Assembly (NCBI GenBank): GCA_016704325.1 | Contig: JADJAG010000001.1 | Span: 320,787 to 384,786, forward strand | DNA length: 64,000 nt | Direction: 5' to 3' | From: Chitinophagaceae bacterium | Lineage (GTDB): Bacteria > Bacteroidota > Bacteroidia > Chitinophagales > UBA10324 | Shown here: piece after piece, positions 48,587 to 57,095 of the stretch | How positions within the stretch are numbered: the stretch's first letter is position 1 | Layout of the letters: every line of letters begins with the position of its first letter | Notes under the pieces: model-generated | Told to the model about the DNA's origin: nothing | The model's input: the letters and a program-made list of their open reading frames with translations, nothing else | Database searches by the model: none | Position numbers and translations under genes: made by a program

Positions 48587-49303
48587 CTATTCATTCAGTA
48601 ATAATGAGGAAGACAGGTATCGTTTATCAGGAGCATATACAAACAGGCAGGAACCATTTTTCAACGTTTCTATGATTGCCGGGCACTGTTCAACCGGAAG
48701 TGCGGGACAACCCTGGCTTCTTCCCAAACGACCATTCTGTTCTATGAAGTCTTCCTTTACATAATCTGCACCATGTATTACAATTGCTCTTTCCAGGGCC
48801 TTGCTGTTAAAACCGGGCTCTTCGCCAATCAATCGTAGTGATAAGCCATGCTGACCGGTATACGTTTCGCCTGTGGTGTAAAATCCCAGGCTTGACATAT
48901 AAGAAGATGGTTGATTTGAGAAAACGTTGGCAAACTCTTCGCCTGAATTCCGACCATGTGCGACATAGGTCTGATAAATTATTTCTTGCTTCACCAGGTC
49001 AATTACATATAACCTCTTTTTTGTTGATGACTGGCTTAAATCCGCTATGCTGATGATGTGGGTTTGTGAAAGGCGTCCAAGTTCAGTTAGTCGCTTCATG
49101 CCCTTCAACGCCGAATTAAAAGCAGCATAAGACAATCCCTGCTGCTGCAAATCAAGCGAAGCATACATTACGGAAGTATTCAATCCTACCCTTCTTGATT
49201 CAGCACTATTTACAGGGCTTTCTACCCCGGAAGTAAATGAAAGTAAGCCCTGAACAGCTATCAGTAAGGACAGTGCAAATGCAAACTTTAACAATTTCAG
49301 CAT
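48587..49303 (-). CDS. L,D-transpeptidase catalytic-domain family protein (YkuD_2 type)
   Basis: ATG 49303 gives a signal peptide. HGRNSG..., IVIHGADYV, and the catalytic context GRSQGCPAL. Confidence 0.75.
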   Translation of the reverse strand: MLKLLKFAFALSLLIAVQGLLSFTSGVESPVNSAESRRVGLNTSVMYASLDLQQQGLSYAAFNSALKGMKRLTELGRLSQTHIISIADLSQSSTKKRLYVIDLVKQEIIYQTYVAHGRNSGEEFANVFSNQPSSYMSSLGFYTTGETYTGQHGLSLRLIGEEPGFNSKALERAIVIHGADYVKEDFIEQNGRLGRSQGCPALPVEQCPAIIETLKNGSCLFVYAPDKRYLSSSLLLNE

Positions 49304-49506
49304 AGATTTTTTTAGTATGAATGGTTCGCAGATAAAAATTGAGCCACTAATTCCGGTGCGCAAAGATAACACTTATCCTTCCGGTCACTCCCTTATACAT
49401 TATTAATTGCGAGTTAGTTCCTTCGGCAGTTAATTAACATTAAACAGCAACCCTTTACGATACTGTTGATGATTTTTTTACATTTACTCCAATCATTTCA
49501 GAACAC

Positions 49507-50970
49507 ATGGAACAACAACAAGGTACTTTTAGAAGAGAAATCAAATTAATTGATGGGGTGATGCTCGTAGCCGGAACAATGATTGGATCGGGAATTTTTA
49601 TCGTGAGCTCCGATATCGCACGAAATGTTGGCTCCTCAGGCTATTTGTTGCTTGTTTGGATACTTTCCGGTTTACTTACTATCATTTCAGCGCTTTGCTA
49701 TGGAGAGCTAACCAGCATGTTTCCCAAAGCCGGCGGTCAATATGTATTTCTGAAAGAGTCTTACAACCCGATGATGGGCTTCTTATTCGGGTGGACCTAT
49801 TTCCTGGTAATACAAACCGGCACCATTGCAGCAGTTGCTGTTGCCTTTGCAAAGTTTACAGGTGTATTTATCCCATTATTCAGTCCTGATCATTTTGTTG
49901 CAGATCTTGGATTTCTAAAAATTACCACTCAGCAAGTACTCGCCATTGTGGTAATCATTATGCTAACCTATATCAATATTCAGGGAGTGAAATATGGAAA
50001 ATGGATACAGACTTATTTAAGCGGAACAAAGATTCTTGCCTTGTTTGGACTTATAGCAATCGGAATATTTGTAAGCAACAGTGAGGCTATCACTCAAAAC
50101 TTTACCAATATGTGGGATGCTAAAAAAGTGGTGATGGAGAATGGGCAACTGGTCGAACGGCTACCCATCAGTGGATGGGCATTGATTGTGGCGATCGCAT
50201 CTGCCATGGTTGGAAGCATGTTTGCCATGGATGCCTGGAACGGGATAACCTTTGCCGGCGATGAGGTTGTTAATCCAAAAAGAAATATTCCATTGAGTAT
50301 GGCCATTGGCGTTGGATTAGTTTCGCTGGTTTACTTGTTATTGAATGTAGTTTACCTGATTAACCTGCCTTTGGAAGGGATTCCGGGTGGGCCCACCCGG
50401 GTTGTATTTGAGCGGGGCATTCAGTTCGCAACCGACGACCGTGTAGGGGTTGCTGCAGCAGATGCTATGGCAGGTCATACTGCTGTTTTGTTAGTTGCCG
50501 GATTAATAATTCTGTCGACCTTTAGTTGTCTTAATGGGTTAATCCTTACCGCTCCGAGAATGTTTTACAAAATGGCAGAAGACAAACTCTTCTTTAAAAG
50601 AATGGGAAGTCTGAACAAGAATGGCGTACCTGCTGTCGCTACTGCTTTTGCGTCAGCCTGGGCATGCATCCTTTGCCTGTCAGGAACTTATGGCAACCTG
50701 CTTGATTATGTGGTTTTCGCTGTATTGTTCTTTTACATTTTCACAATTTTCGGCATCTTTATTCTTCGCAAGAAAATGCCTGATGCGCAGCGGGATTACA
50801 AAGCCTTTGGGTACCCGGTGTTTCCATTAATTTACATTGCCATGATTACCATGCTCTGTATCATACTGCTCATCTATAAACCACAGTATACCTGGCCCGG
50901 ATTGATCATTGTTGGACTCGGAATTCCTGCATACTACCTTTTTAAAAGATCAGGAAAACAAAATATTTAG
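49507..50970 (+). CDS. APC-family amino-acid permease
   Basis: 12 TM helices; GTMIGSGIF..., YGELTSMFPKAGGQYVF. Confidence 0.85.
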   Translation: MEQQQGTFRREIKLIDGVMLVAGTMIGSGIFIVSSDIARNVGSSGYLLLVWILSGLLTIISALCYGELTSMFPKAGGQYVFLKESYNPMMGFLFGWTYFLVIQTGTIAAVAVAFAKFTGVFIPLFSPDHFVADLGFLKITTQQVLAIVVIIMLTYINIQGVKYGKWIQTYLSGTKILALFGLIAIGIFVSNSEAITQNFTNMWDAKKVVMENGQLVERLPISGWALIVAIASAMVGSMFAMDAWNGITFAGDEVVNPKRNIPLSMAIGVGLVSLVYLLLNVVYLINLPLEGIPGGPTRVVFERGIQFATDDRVGVAAADAMAGHTAVLLVAGLIILSTFSCLNGLILTAPRMFYKMAEDKLFFKRMGSLNKNGVPAVATAFASAWACILCLSGTYGNLLDYVVFAVLFFYIFTIFGIFILRKKMPDAQRDYKAFGYPVFPLIYIAMITMLCIILLIYKPQYTWPGLIIVGLGIPAYYLFKRSGKQNI

Positions 50971-51024
50971 CCAGGAAATTTAATATTCAGTACAAGAACT
51001 CTTTCTTACTTTTCTAACTTGCTA

Positions 51025-51558
51025 TTACAAATAGCGACGCATCAATTCAATATCACCGGTGGAACAATAACCACTTTTGATCATGAATGTACCCACATTG
51101 CTCAAGGTATTATTATCAAGTTGCGTGAGAAGCTGATCAAAATGGAGCGCAATAACATGTGCGTCTTCTTTTAAATTTTTGCTAAGCCCCAGGAACCTGG
51201 GAACATAAAACTGAATAGAAAAACGTATGAAGCGTATCTCTGTATTCTGAGGATCGAGATCAATAGATCGCTGTAATGTTTTCATTGACTTATCCAGGTA
51301 CTCCAGTTTCGTATATGGATTCCAGGCATGCTTAGCCAATAGGGCTTCAGCCCCACCACGATAACCCAGCAACAGCGGATCATTCTGGTCGATGGCACTA
51401 ACCAAATCCAGTAATTTTTTTGCAGCAGCTTCATCCTCTACTCCTTGCCCATAGAGGTTTCGCACCTGGGCAATTGAATAGCCAGTATTTGCATAAGCAG
51501 CCGTTGCAGACATTAATACTGCAAGAATAATCATCCTGGAAAAACCAAATTGAATCAT
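51025..51558 (-). CDS. Exported all-helical protein of unknown function, translationally coupled to crtB
   Basis: The signal peptide ends AAYA/NT. The body is helical and TPR-like. Its ATG (51558-51556) shares one base with the crtB TAA (51560-51558), giving TAATG. Confidence 0.55.
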   Translation of the reverse strand: MIQFGFSRMIILAVLMSATAAYANTGYSIAQVRNLYGQGVEDEAAAKKLLDLVSAIDQNDPLLLGYRGGAEALLAKHAWNPYTKLEYLDKSMKTLQRSIDLDPQNTEIRFIRFSIQFYVPRFLGLSKNLKEDAHVIALHFDQLLTQLDNNTLSNVGTFMIKSGYCSTGDIELMRRYL

Positions 51559-52394
51559 TACAGCAGGTTTAATTTCACTCTTAAAAATGTTTCGCAGAGC
51601 AGGATCATTTTTTTATTTTGAGTTACACTGATACGCTCTTTCAGAATCCTGGCCGGCTGCACTTGCTGAATTTGTTTGAAAAGCTCCATGTAATAGATAT
51701 AAGCAAGATATACACCAAACCGAGACGACTTAGGGAGTTGCAGAATTCCGAAATAAGCAACACTGAAGTCTTCTTCAATTTCGTTTTCAATCCGTAACTT
51801 CATTTCTTTAGTGAATGCTTTAAAGTCAACATCGGGAAAATAGATTCGCCCTCTATCCTCAAAATCACTCTTTACATCACGCAGGAAGTTCACCTTTTGA
51901 AACGCTGCGCCAAGCCGCTGTGCAAACGGCCTTAAAGTGGAATAAGCTGATTCATCCCTCTCCGTAAACACCTTTAGACACATCAAGCCAACTACTTCCG
52001 CAGAACCGTATATGTATTCCGTAAAATGAACATTATCGTAGTTCGACTGATATAAATCCATTTCCATGCTTTTGAAAAATGCATGTACCAGTTCCACATC
52101 AATCTGATATTGGTGAAGAACAGACTGAAAAGCATGCAGTACAGGATTTAGTGAAACCTTTCGGTCTATCGCTTTAAAAGTCTCGCTTTTAAACTCCTCC
52201 AACAGTTCACGCTGATTGAACTGATAGAAGGTATCTACAATTTCATCTGCATACCTTACAAAGCCATAGATTCCATAGATAGGATCATGAAATTTTTTAT
52301 GTAATGCACTGATCCCCTTGCTGAAAGATGTACTGTACAGTTGCGTTATATTGCGACTGTTAGCAAATGCAGATTGTTCAAATAGTTCGAACAT
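51558..52394 (-). CDS. crtB: Phytoene synthase
   Basis: Asp-rich motifs YADEIVD and RDVKSDFEDRGRIYFP. 278 aa. It overlaps crtI by 17 nt. Confidence 0.9.
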   Translation of the reverse strand: MFELFEQSAFANSRNITQLYSTSFSKGISALHKKFHDPIYGIYGFVRYADEIVDTFYQFNQRELLEEFKSETFKAIDRKVSLNPVLHAFQSVLHQYQIDVELVHAFFKSMEMDLYQSNYDNVHFTEYIYGSAEVVGLMCLKVFTERDESAYSTLRPFAQRLGAAFQKVNFLRDVKSDFEDRGRIYFPDVDFKAFTKEMKLRIENEIEEDFSVAYFGILQLPKSSRFGVYLAYIYYMELFKQIQQVQPARILKERISVTQNKKMILLCETFLRVKLNLL

Positions 52395-53862
52395 AGTTCA
52401 GGATTCTTTCTGTTACCAATTTTGATCCGATAATAACCATGGGCAAACCTGTTCCGGGAATGGTTGAAGCCCCAACGTAGAACAAATTTCTAAATTCTTC
52501 ATCCTTATTTGAAGGACGAAACCCTCCAACCTGACCCATTCCATGCGCCAGCCCTAAGCCACTTCCTCTATAAAGATTAAAACTTTTCTCCCAATCCAGC
52601 GGAGTTAAAACAGTTTTTGTTACGGTTTGTTTATGAAAATCAAAATTTACCCTTTCAGATAAATCATTGATAATGTTATCTGCCAGCGCGGTGGCATCAT
52701 TCCAATCCGTTTTGTGCCTTAAATCGGGAACCGGACAGAGTATGAAAATATTCTCGCATCCTTCCGGCGCGCAGTTTGGATTTGATCTGGAACTTACATT
52801 TACGTAATAATATGGCTTTGCAGGCGCTACGGAGGTCTTGAATATTGAATTGGAATATTCTTTGAAATTATCCCCCAGGAAATAATTGTGGTGACTTAGT
52901 TGTTCGGCTTTTCCTTTAACACCCAGGTAAATAGTAAATGGTGCAAGCGTCCATTTCAGGTTATCCAGTTTAGTTTCTGAATACTTTTTCCGGTTGAGGA
53001 TCTTCCCGCGAAAGGCAGCTGCATCAGCATTTATAATAAAAAGATCTGCCGTCCAACGCTTTCCTTCCTTATCAAAAAGGGCATTTACTTTTCCATCTGA
53101 CTCTTCTGCCCTAACTATTTCAGTGTTATAGTGAATTTTAACCTGGCGGTCTTCAAGTAGTTTTATCAACTCTGTGGTTATCATATACATTCCACCTTCC
53201 ACATTCCAATAGCCATCATGCTCCAATTCCATATAGTTAAGCAAACTATATACTGCCGGAGTGTCGAAAGGAGTTGCCCCAAGAAAAAAGGATACGAGAG
53301 ACATCACTACTTTCACCTCTTCGGCATCAAACTGACTGCTTAACCGATCCCACATACTAGTGAACATTCCGGGTGCATGTTTTAGCGGAACCTTTGTTAA
53401 TCCAAGTAAATAACTTGTATGAGAATCAAAATTCTTCTTCACTACCCGGTATTCCGTATCATGAAAAACAGCTTTAGCAGCGGCAAGATATTTTGCAAGT
53501 TTTGCCTTAAATCCCGGCTCAATATTTCTAAACGTCTCTGACAGCTTTTCCTTATCCTTATAAATCAGCAGCGGTTGTTTCAAGTGCCGGAAGTACACTG
53601 CATACAAAGGATCAAGCGGCCTTATTTTAAGAGGATTGGTCACACCACAATCATCAAAAAACTCTGTAAACTCGTAGCTCATGCTAAAAAAAGAAGGGCC
53701 CAAATCGAATTCAAAACCATCCTTCACCATCCGATTTAGTCTTCCGCCGGGCTGATGGTACCTTTCTACCATTTCTACTTCATAACCTCTCGTTGCCAAC
53801 CTCAATGCCGTAGCCATTCCACCAAGTCCGGTACCCACAATAAGTGCTTTTGGTTTTTGCAT
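52378..53862 (-). CDS. crtI: Phytoene desaturase
   Basis: N-terminal FAD fold ALIVGTGLGGMATALRLATRGYEVEMVE and the C-terminal FYVGASTIPGTGLPMVIIGSKL. Confidence 0.9.
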   Translation of the reverse strand: MQKPKALIVGTGLGGMATALRLATRGYEVEMVERYHQPGGRLNRMVKDGFEFDLGPSFFSMSYEFTEFFDDCGVTNPLKIRPLDPLYAVYFRHLKQPLLIYKDKEKLSETFRNIEPGFKAKLAKYLAAAKAVFHDTEYRVVKKNFDSHTSYLLGLTKVPLKHAPGMFTSMWDRLSSQFDAEEVKVVMSLVSFFLGATPFDTPAVYSLLNYMELEHDGYWNVEGGMYMITTELIKLLEDRQVKIHYNTEIVRAEESDGKVNALFDKEGKRWTADLFIINADAAAFRGKILNRKKYSETKLDNLKWTLAPFTIYLGVKGKAEQLSHHNYFLGDNFKEYSNSIFKTSVAPAKPYYYVNVSSRSNPNCAPEGCENIFILCPVPDLRHKTDWNDATALADNIINDLSERVNFDFHKQTVTKTVLTPLDWEKSFNLYRGSGLGLAHGMGQVGGFRPSNKDEEFRNLFYVGASTIPGTGLPMVIIGSKLVTERILNYVRTI

Positions 53863-53878
53863 TTGGCTAACTATTCAT

Positions 53879-53910
53879 TTTAACTTAATATAAAAATAAT
53901 TTTAACATTA
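53879..53910 (-). promoter_or_regulatory. AT-rich ~31-bp element upstream of crtI, shared with the ECF sigma gene upstream region
   Basis: The plus strand reads TTTAACTT-AATATAAAAATAATT-TTAACATTA and ends 16 nt from the crtI ATG. Compare 55445-55475. Confidence 0.4.
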
Positions 53911-54041
53911 AACCCGTTCCAATCCCAAAATATATAAAAATGCATTAACAGCGTTTTATTGTTTTTGTTGAAGCATCGTTTATCTTTTTTTCATTTAAAA
54001 ATATCATAAACTATTACCCTGCTTTAACAACTCATCAATCA

Positions 54042-54722
54042 TTACATTCTGAAAGGCGAAATCTGCTGATGAAGTTGAATTGCTTTGAGAGAGAACCTTA
54101 TGCCAAGAAGAAGTGAAACAAATGCTCCAACTGCCAATAGCGGAATACTGTTTATCATTAAAAAGAAGTCATATGCGCCATGCAGGATGATTGCCAGCAG
54201 CAAACCCTGAAGTTGAAGCAGTACGGCGTTATTCCTGAATTTTGCCAATCCTACATAATATCCCATCACTACGGCAAAACTGGCATGCGCCGGTACGGCA
54301 GTAAACATTCTTACTATTGCATTACCCATACCATATTGACTTACATACATGATATTCTCCAGTGTAGCAAAGCCCATAGAAACCATTACAGCATACGTGA
54401 TTCCATCAAAAGGTTCGTTAAATTCCTTCTTTCGGTAGGCATAGAACCGAAGCATTACAAACTTTGAAAACTCTTCACTTGCTCCTACTACTATGAAGGC
54501 GATAATAAAAACCCGCAACATTTCACTAACCGGCGGAACCCACGAAAGACCCAACTCTTCCAAATAGATTGCAGGCAGTATCGCTACCATTCCAAGAAAA
54601 AATGAAAATATCAGGATATTTCGCGGCTCGCTTTCAAACTTATCTTTCCAGTATACAAAAATTGCAATAGCAAGTCCTGGTGCAACTGCCATTGCAAGTA
54701 GAATCCAACCACTCATCAGCAT
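54042..54722 (-). CDS. PrsW-family intramembrane protease
   Basis: A polytopic protein with the family motifs EEFSK (EExxK), FATLENIMY (FxxxE) and HGAYDF (HxxxD). Confidence 0.7.
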   Translation of the reverse strand: MLMSGWILLAMAVAPGLAIAIFVYWKDKFESEPRNILIFSFFLGMVAILPAIYLEELGLSWVPPVSEMLRVFIIAFIVVGASEEFSKFVMLRFYAYRKKEFNEPFDGITYAVMVSMGFATLENIMYVSQYGMGNAIVRMFTAVPAHASFAVVMGYYVGLAKFRNNAVLLQLQGLLLAIILHGAYDFFLMINSIPLLAVGAFVSLLLGIRFSLKAIQLHQQISPFRM

Positions 54723-54887
54723 GTTTTGGAAAATATAAGCAGAATAACCAGAACATCAAAATGACATTTCACTCACAGGTAATATTTTGACCTGATGATA
54801 TACTTAATCGTAATTATTTGGAGGATGATCTGTAAAAAAAGTTATAAGGTATTTTAACCGAAAAATTCAATAAATATTCCTTACCGA

Positions 54888-55391
54888 TTATGAGAATCGC
54901 TTTACTGTTCGTTGCAATTCCTTTCTAGCGAAGAATATCCTGCTTTTTACAGTGCCTAACGGAATTTCAAGCTGAATGGCTATTTCATGATATTTAAATC
55001 CTTCGAAATAGAGCATGAAAGGAAGGCGTATACTTTCATCAATATCAGCAAGTGCTTTTTGTATTTCCTGCATTCCGAGGCGTGTCTCTCCATCATTATG
55101 AGTGGTTCGCGCAAGTGAATTGAGATAAAACTGATTTTCTGTTTCATCGGTTACCACTTGCCGCTTCGATTCGCGACGGTAATTATTAATAAAGATATTC
55201 TTCATGATGGTATACATCCAGGCCTTCAGATTTGTATCCAACCTGAATTTCTCACGATTTAATAAGGCACGATAAACTGTTTCCTGAATGAGGTCCTTCG
55301 CATCTTCAATATCCTTTGTAAGATTGTAGGCGAATGCGTAAAGTGATTCAGAAGATTGTGCCACTTGTTTATTGAAATCTATTGTTTGCAT
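54888..55391 (-). CDS. ECF-type RNA polymerase sigma factor
   Basis: 167 aa. Region 2 is DAKDLIQETVYRALLNREKF and region 4 is YHEIAIQLEIPLGTVKSRIFFARKEL. Confidence 0.85.
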   Translation of the reverse strand: MQTIDFNKQVAQSSESLYAFAYNLTKDIEDAKDLIQETVYRALLNREKFRLDTNLKAWMYTIMKNIFINNYRRESKRQVVTDETENQFYLNSLARTTHNDGETRLGMQEIQKALADIDESIRLPFMLYFEGFKYHEIAIQLEIPLGTVKSRIFFARKELQRTVKRFS

Positions 55392-55444
55392 ATGCTTAGT
55401 GTTTATTTATTTAGTGATTTGATTAAACAAAAGTACTGTGTCTG

Positions 55445-55475
55445 TTTAACTTTACAAAATAATTCTTAAACATTA
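55445..55475 (-). promoter_or_regulatory. Copy of the crtI-upstream element, 53 nt upstream of the ECF sigma ATG
   Basis: The plus strand reads TTTAACTT-TACAAAATAATTC-TTAAACATTA. Blocks TTTAACTT (8/8), AAAATAATT (9/9) and TTAA(A)CATTA are shared with 53879-53910 in the same order and in the same orientation relative to the genes. Confidence 0.4.
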
Positions 55476-55765
55476 TTAAATTTTTTTTCAGTTACCGTGA
55501 AAATCTGATCCTTCCTATATCAAAGTGAACCGCCTGCCTTTAAATAGGGACGGTATGTCTTCAGTTGAGCCTATTGCCAAAGCATAAAACCTAATTGCGC
55601 CAATAAATCGAAAAACATATGGTAATGCGCAGCACAAAACAATTGACGTTACATCTGAAATCAAGAAATAAAAAGGAGGTAAATTTGAAACCTTAACTGC
55701 TGATAATCAACAAAATAAAATAATAGTTTCCTGTTTGAAGCAGACGTTTTATCTATATAAAAAGG

Positions 55766-56677
55766 CTATTTCTCACTGGTATTAAGTATCAACCCCAATT
55801 TGCTATTGATTACTGTTCGAATGTCAGCCATTTCTTTTATAAGGACTACGTTTTGGGGAACCTTAGCTGCATATAATTGAAAAGCATACCCCGACAAATA
55901 AATTTGACCCTCAGACATTATTTTCGATAAATCAGCAATATATCCGGCAATTTGGGATGCAGCCGGAACGCTCGTAAAAATGCTAAACACCTGATCAGGT
56001 TTAAATATATCAACCACTTTTTCTACATCACGTAATGGAACATTTTGTCCGAGGTACATCACCTGGTGATGATTTTTATGCAATAAATAATTGAGGTACA
56101 ACAATCCAAGTTCATGCATTTCACCTTCAGGCAAAAATAATAATGACTTACTGATGGCTTCATTTTTTGCAACATTCATGCGATCAATTGCGACAATTAG
56201 TTTCTGTCGGATCAGGTTTGAGATAAAATGTTCCTGTGCCGGATTGATGGTACCCGTCTGCCATAAAATTCCGAGGTTTCTTAGAAAAGGAAAGACCACC
56301 AGTTCCATTGCTTCTTCAAAACCCAATTGGGCGATATTAACATTCAACACCCTGTCGAACTCATTCTCATCGAGTTCGAGCATGGTAATGGTCAATGCAT
56401 CAACCTGATTTGCATGTTCGAGATTTGTGGTTGTAATGCTTCGTACTTTTTGCTCAATTTCAGCACGACTCATTTTAGCAACTCTTGAAATCTTAAAACC
56501 GTTTCTATTCAACATAGAAATATTCAAAAGCAAAGTGAGTTCGTCGTCACCATACTGACGAATATTGGTTTCTGAACGCGTAGGTTTCAACAAGCCATAA
56601 CGCTGCTCCCAAATCCTGATGGTATGCGCTTTGATTCCTGAAATCGCCTCAAAATCCTTTATGTGATAATGTCCCAT
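55766..56677 (-). CDS. MerR-family regulator with a C-terminal cobalamin-binding domain (CarH/LitR-like light sensor)
   Basis: N-terminal MerR HTH (IKDFEAISGIKAHTIRIWEQRYGLL). The helical-bundle motif WQTGTINPAQEH is an exact Wx9EH. The Rossmann part has EGEMHELG (ExHxxG, lower-ligand His). Confidence 0.8.
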   Translation of the reverse strand: MGHYHIKDFEAISGIKAHTIRIWEQRYGLLKPTRSETNIRQYGDDELTLLLNISMLNRNGFKISRVAKMSRAEIEQKVRSITTTNLEHANQVDALTITMLELDENEFDRVLNVNIAQLGFEEAMELVVFPFLRNLGILWQTGTINPAQEHFISNLIRQKLIVAIDRMNVAKNEAISKSLLFLPEGEMHELGLLYLNYLLHKNHHQVMYLGQNVPLRDVEKVVDIFKPDQVFSIFTSVPAASQIAGYIADLSKIMSEGQIYLSGYAFQLYAAKVPQNVVLIKEMADIRTVINSKLGLILNTSEK

Positions 56678-57095
56678 GCTTTGTGCTTTAGCCCCTATTC
56701 ACTTCACCCAAAATAATCCCTAATAACTCACCATCACACTGCCCGGATGTTTATGGTGTATTTTGTATGTTTAGTTCAATGCTACCATTTTACGACGACA
56801 GTTTATAGAGCATTTATAACATGCCTGCTTTATTAAATCATGGGAAAGGAAAATTCCGTTACCAAAATTAACAATGGCTGCCTAACAAAGAAAAGACGGA
56901 ATTGTTTTCGGCATCTAATTCTATACATACTTCTTGCGCATCGGAATAAATTGCCGCGTCTATTCAACCGAAATTTTCATCCAAGGAAGCCAACCGGTAA
57001 AATTGAAGAATCCAGTTCTGTAAGATAAAGAATTGGTTAAGACATTTTGTGTGATTCCTTTTACTGAAGCGATACCCCAAAAAAAATTTTGTTGT

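Noticed and set aside
53876-53908. Three tandem 11-bp units upstream of crtI resemble the CarH operator pattern nAnnTnnACAn.
   Set aside because: Only the third unit (53898-53908) fits fully. Units 1 and 2 each miss one ACA position (pos 10 and pos 9), and the sigma upstream copy of the shared element does not fit in the same register. In AT-rich DNA this is too weak to call. It is kept only as one interpretation of the shared-motif finding.
56840-57028. A 62-aa basic ORF in the 418-nt gap between the MerR gene and ASST-like paralog 1.
   Set aside because: It has no promoter box, no recognisable motif and an R/K-rich composition typical of chance ORFs in AT-rich DNA. I leave the gap as unexplained intergenic DNA containing the MerR promoter region.
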